This document shows, piece by piece, positions 62,968-64,000 of a DNA stretch of 64,000 nt. A program made the translations under genes and the position numbers. Position 1 is the first letter of the stretch. Each line of letters starts with the position of its first letter. Source of the stretch: Sphyrna mokarran (taxonomy: Eukaryota); the NCBI GenBank assembly GCA_024679065.1, contig JAGIQG010000014.1, forward strand, positions 41,912,001 to 41,976,000. The letters are read 5' to 3'. The notes under the pieces were generated by a model, which saw only the letters and a program-made list of their open reading frames with translations, was not told the DNA's origin and ran no database searches.

Positions 62968-63650
62968 AAGAACATAAGAACCAGGAGCAAGAGTAGGCCA
63001 TCTGGCCCCTCGAGCCTACTTCGCCATTCAATAAGATCATGACTCATCCTTTAGTAGACTCAGCTCCACTTACCCACCTCACTCACCATGACCTTTAATT
63101 CCTTTACTGTTCAAAAACTATCTATTGCTAAAAATATTTAATGAGGTAGTCTCAACTGCTTCACTGGGCAGCGAATTCCACAGATTCACAACCCTTTGGG
63201 TGAAGAAATTCTTCTTCAACTCAGTCCTAAATTTGTTTCCCCTTATTTTGCCCCCTAGTTCTGGTTTCACCTGCCAATGGAAACTACCTTCCTGCTTCTA
63301 CCTTATCTATTCCCTTCATAATTTTATAGGCTTTTATAAGATCCTCCTCATTCATCTAAAATCCAGCAAGTATAGATTCAGTTTATTCAGTCTGTCATCA
63401 TAAGCCAACTTTCTCAACTCCAGAATCAACCTAGTGAATCTCTTCTGCACCCCCTTTACAGCCAGTGTATCCTTTCTCAAGTGAGGAGAACAACACTATA
63501 CACAGTACTCCAGGTAAGATCTTACCAGCACCTTATACAGTTCCAACATAACCTTCCTGTTTTTAAACTGCGTCCCTTTGGCAATAAAGGACAGAATTCT
63601 ATTTGCTTTATTAATTACCTGCTGCACTTGCAAAACAACATCTTTTTGTC
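62968..63650 (-). mobile_element. CR1/HER1-type LINE 3' fragment
   Basis: Close reverse complement of 22740-23387, starting AAGAACATAAGAACCAGGAGCAAGAGTAGGCC. Confidence 0.9.
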
Positions 63651-64000
63651 ATTCTTGGCATAACTTCCAACCACTAAATGAACTTTTTCCCCATATTAAA
63701 TCCATTATCAAAGCTATTTACATAAGGCCTGCCTATTTCCTCTCCACTATTACATCCTTAACCATACTTTTGAAGTGGACAAATGATGTTCCTGATAAAT
63801 CTGTAATTGGGCAGTAGTAATCTTTAAGCACTGTATCTCAATCCTCTGTTTTAAGGTACACTGCTCTTGTCTGTGTGTCATTAGATCACACTCAGTGAAG
63901 AGTAGTGACTAAGATTCCGAGCACAATACTTTATTGAGAAAGATAGCATTGTCTTGCTTGCAAAGGGACAATCCAAGCACACTGTGCAGCATTGATGAGA

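Noticed and set aside
1-64000. Host protein-coding genes among the listed ORFs
   Set aside because: All are short (160 aa or less). The recognisable ones are transposon remnants or SINE read-throughs, and no consistent exon chain is visible. Small exons could still be missed.
1-64000. CRISPR array, operon or other prokaryotic system
   Set aside because: No regularly spaced repeats; the sequence is vertebrate repeat-rich DNA.

Overview
AT-rich, repeat-dense, non-coding vertebrate DNA, almost certainly from a shark (elasmobranch). The basis is about 14 copies of an HE1/V-SINE-type tRNA SINE, many decayed CR1/HER1-type LINE pieces, DeuSINE (SacSINE1-like) copies and Penelope-like GIY-YIG remnants; all families are recognised from memory, with no database search. 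I find no supportable host exon, rRNA, tRNA gene or CRISPR array. The protein-like ORFs in the track are transposon debris (CR1, RTE, Rex1/Babar, Penelope, PIF/Harbinger, Gypsy gag). Between the repeats lie several unique, homeodomain-motif-rich blocks resembling conserved non-coding enhancers, which suggests a gene desert or large intron. The best candidates for something new are: (1) a CR1-group LINE whose 5' end is a tRNA-like Pol III head leading into the endonuclease ORF, plus a short derivative joining that head to the LINE 3' tail; (2) an unclassified 783-bp element bounded by 93-bp inverted repeats; (3) a family of ~125-130-bp Harbinger-like MITEs; (4) a palindromic Penelope terminus with paired decayed hammerhead motifs; (5) a CR1 with a twin-priming-type 5' inversion. 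Novelty cannot be established without database searches. Most repeat boundaries are approximate.
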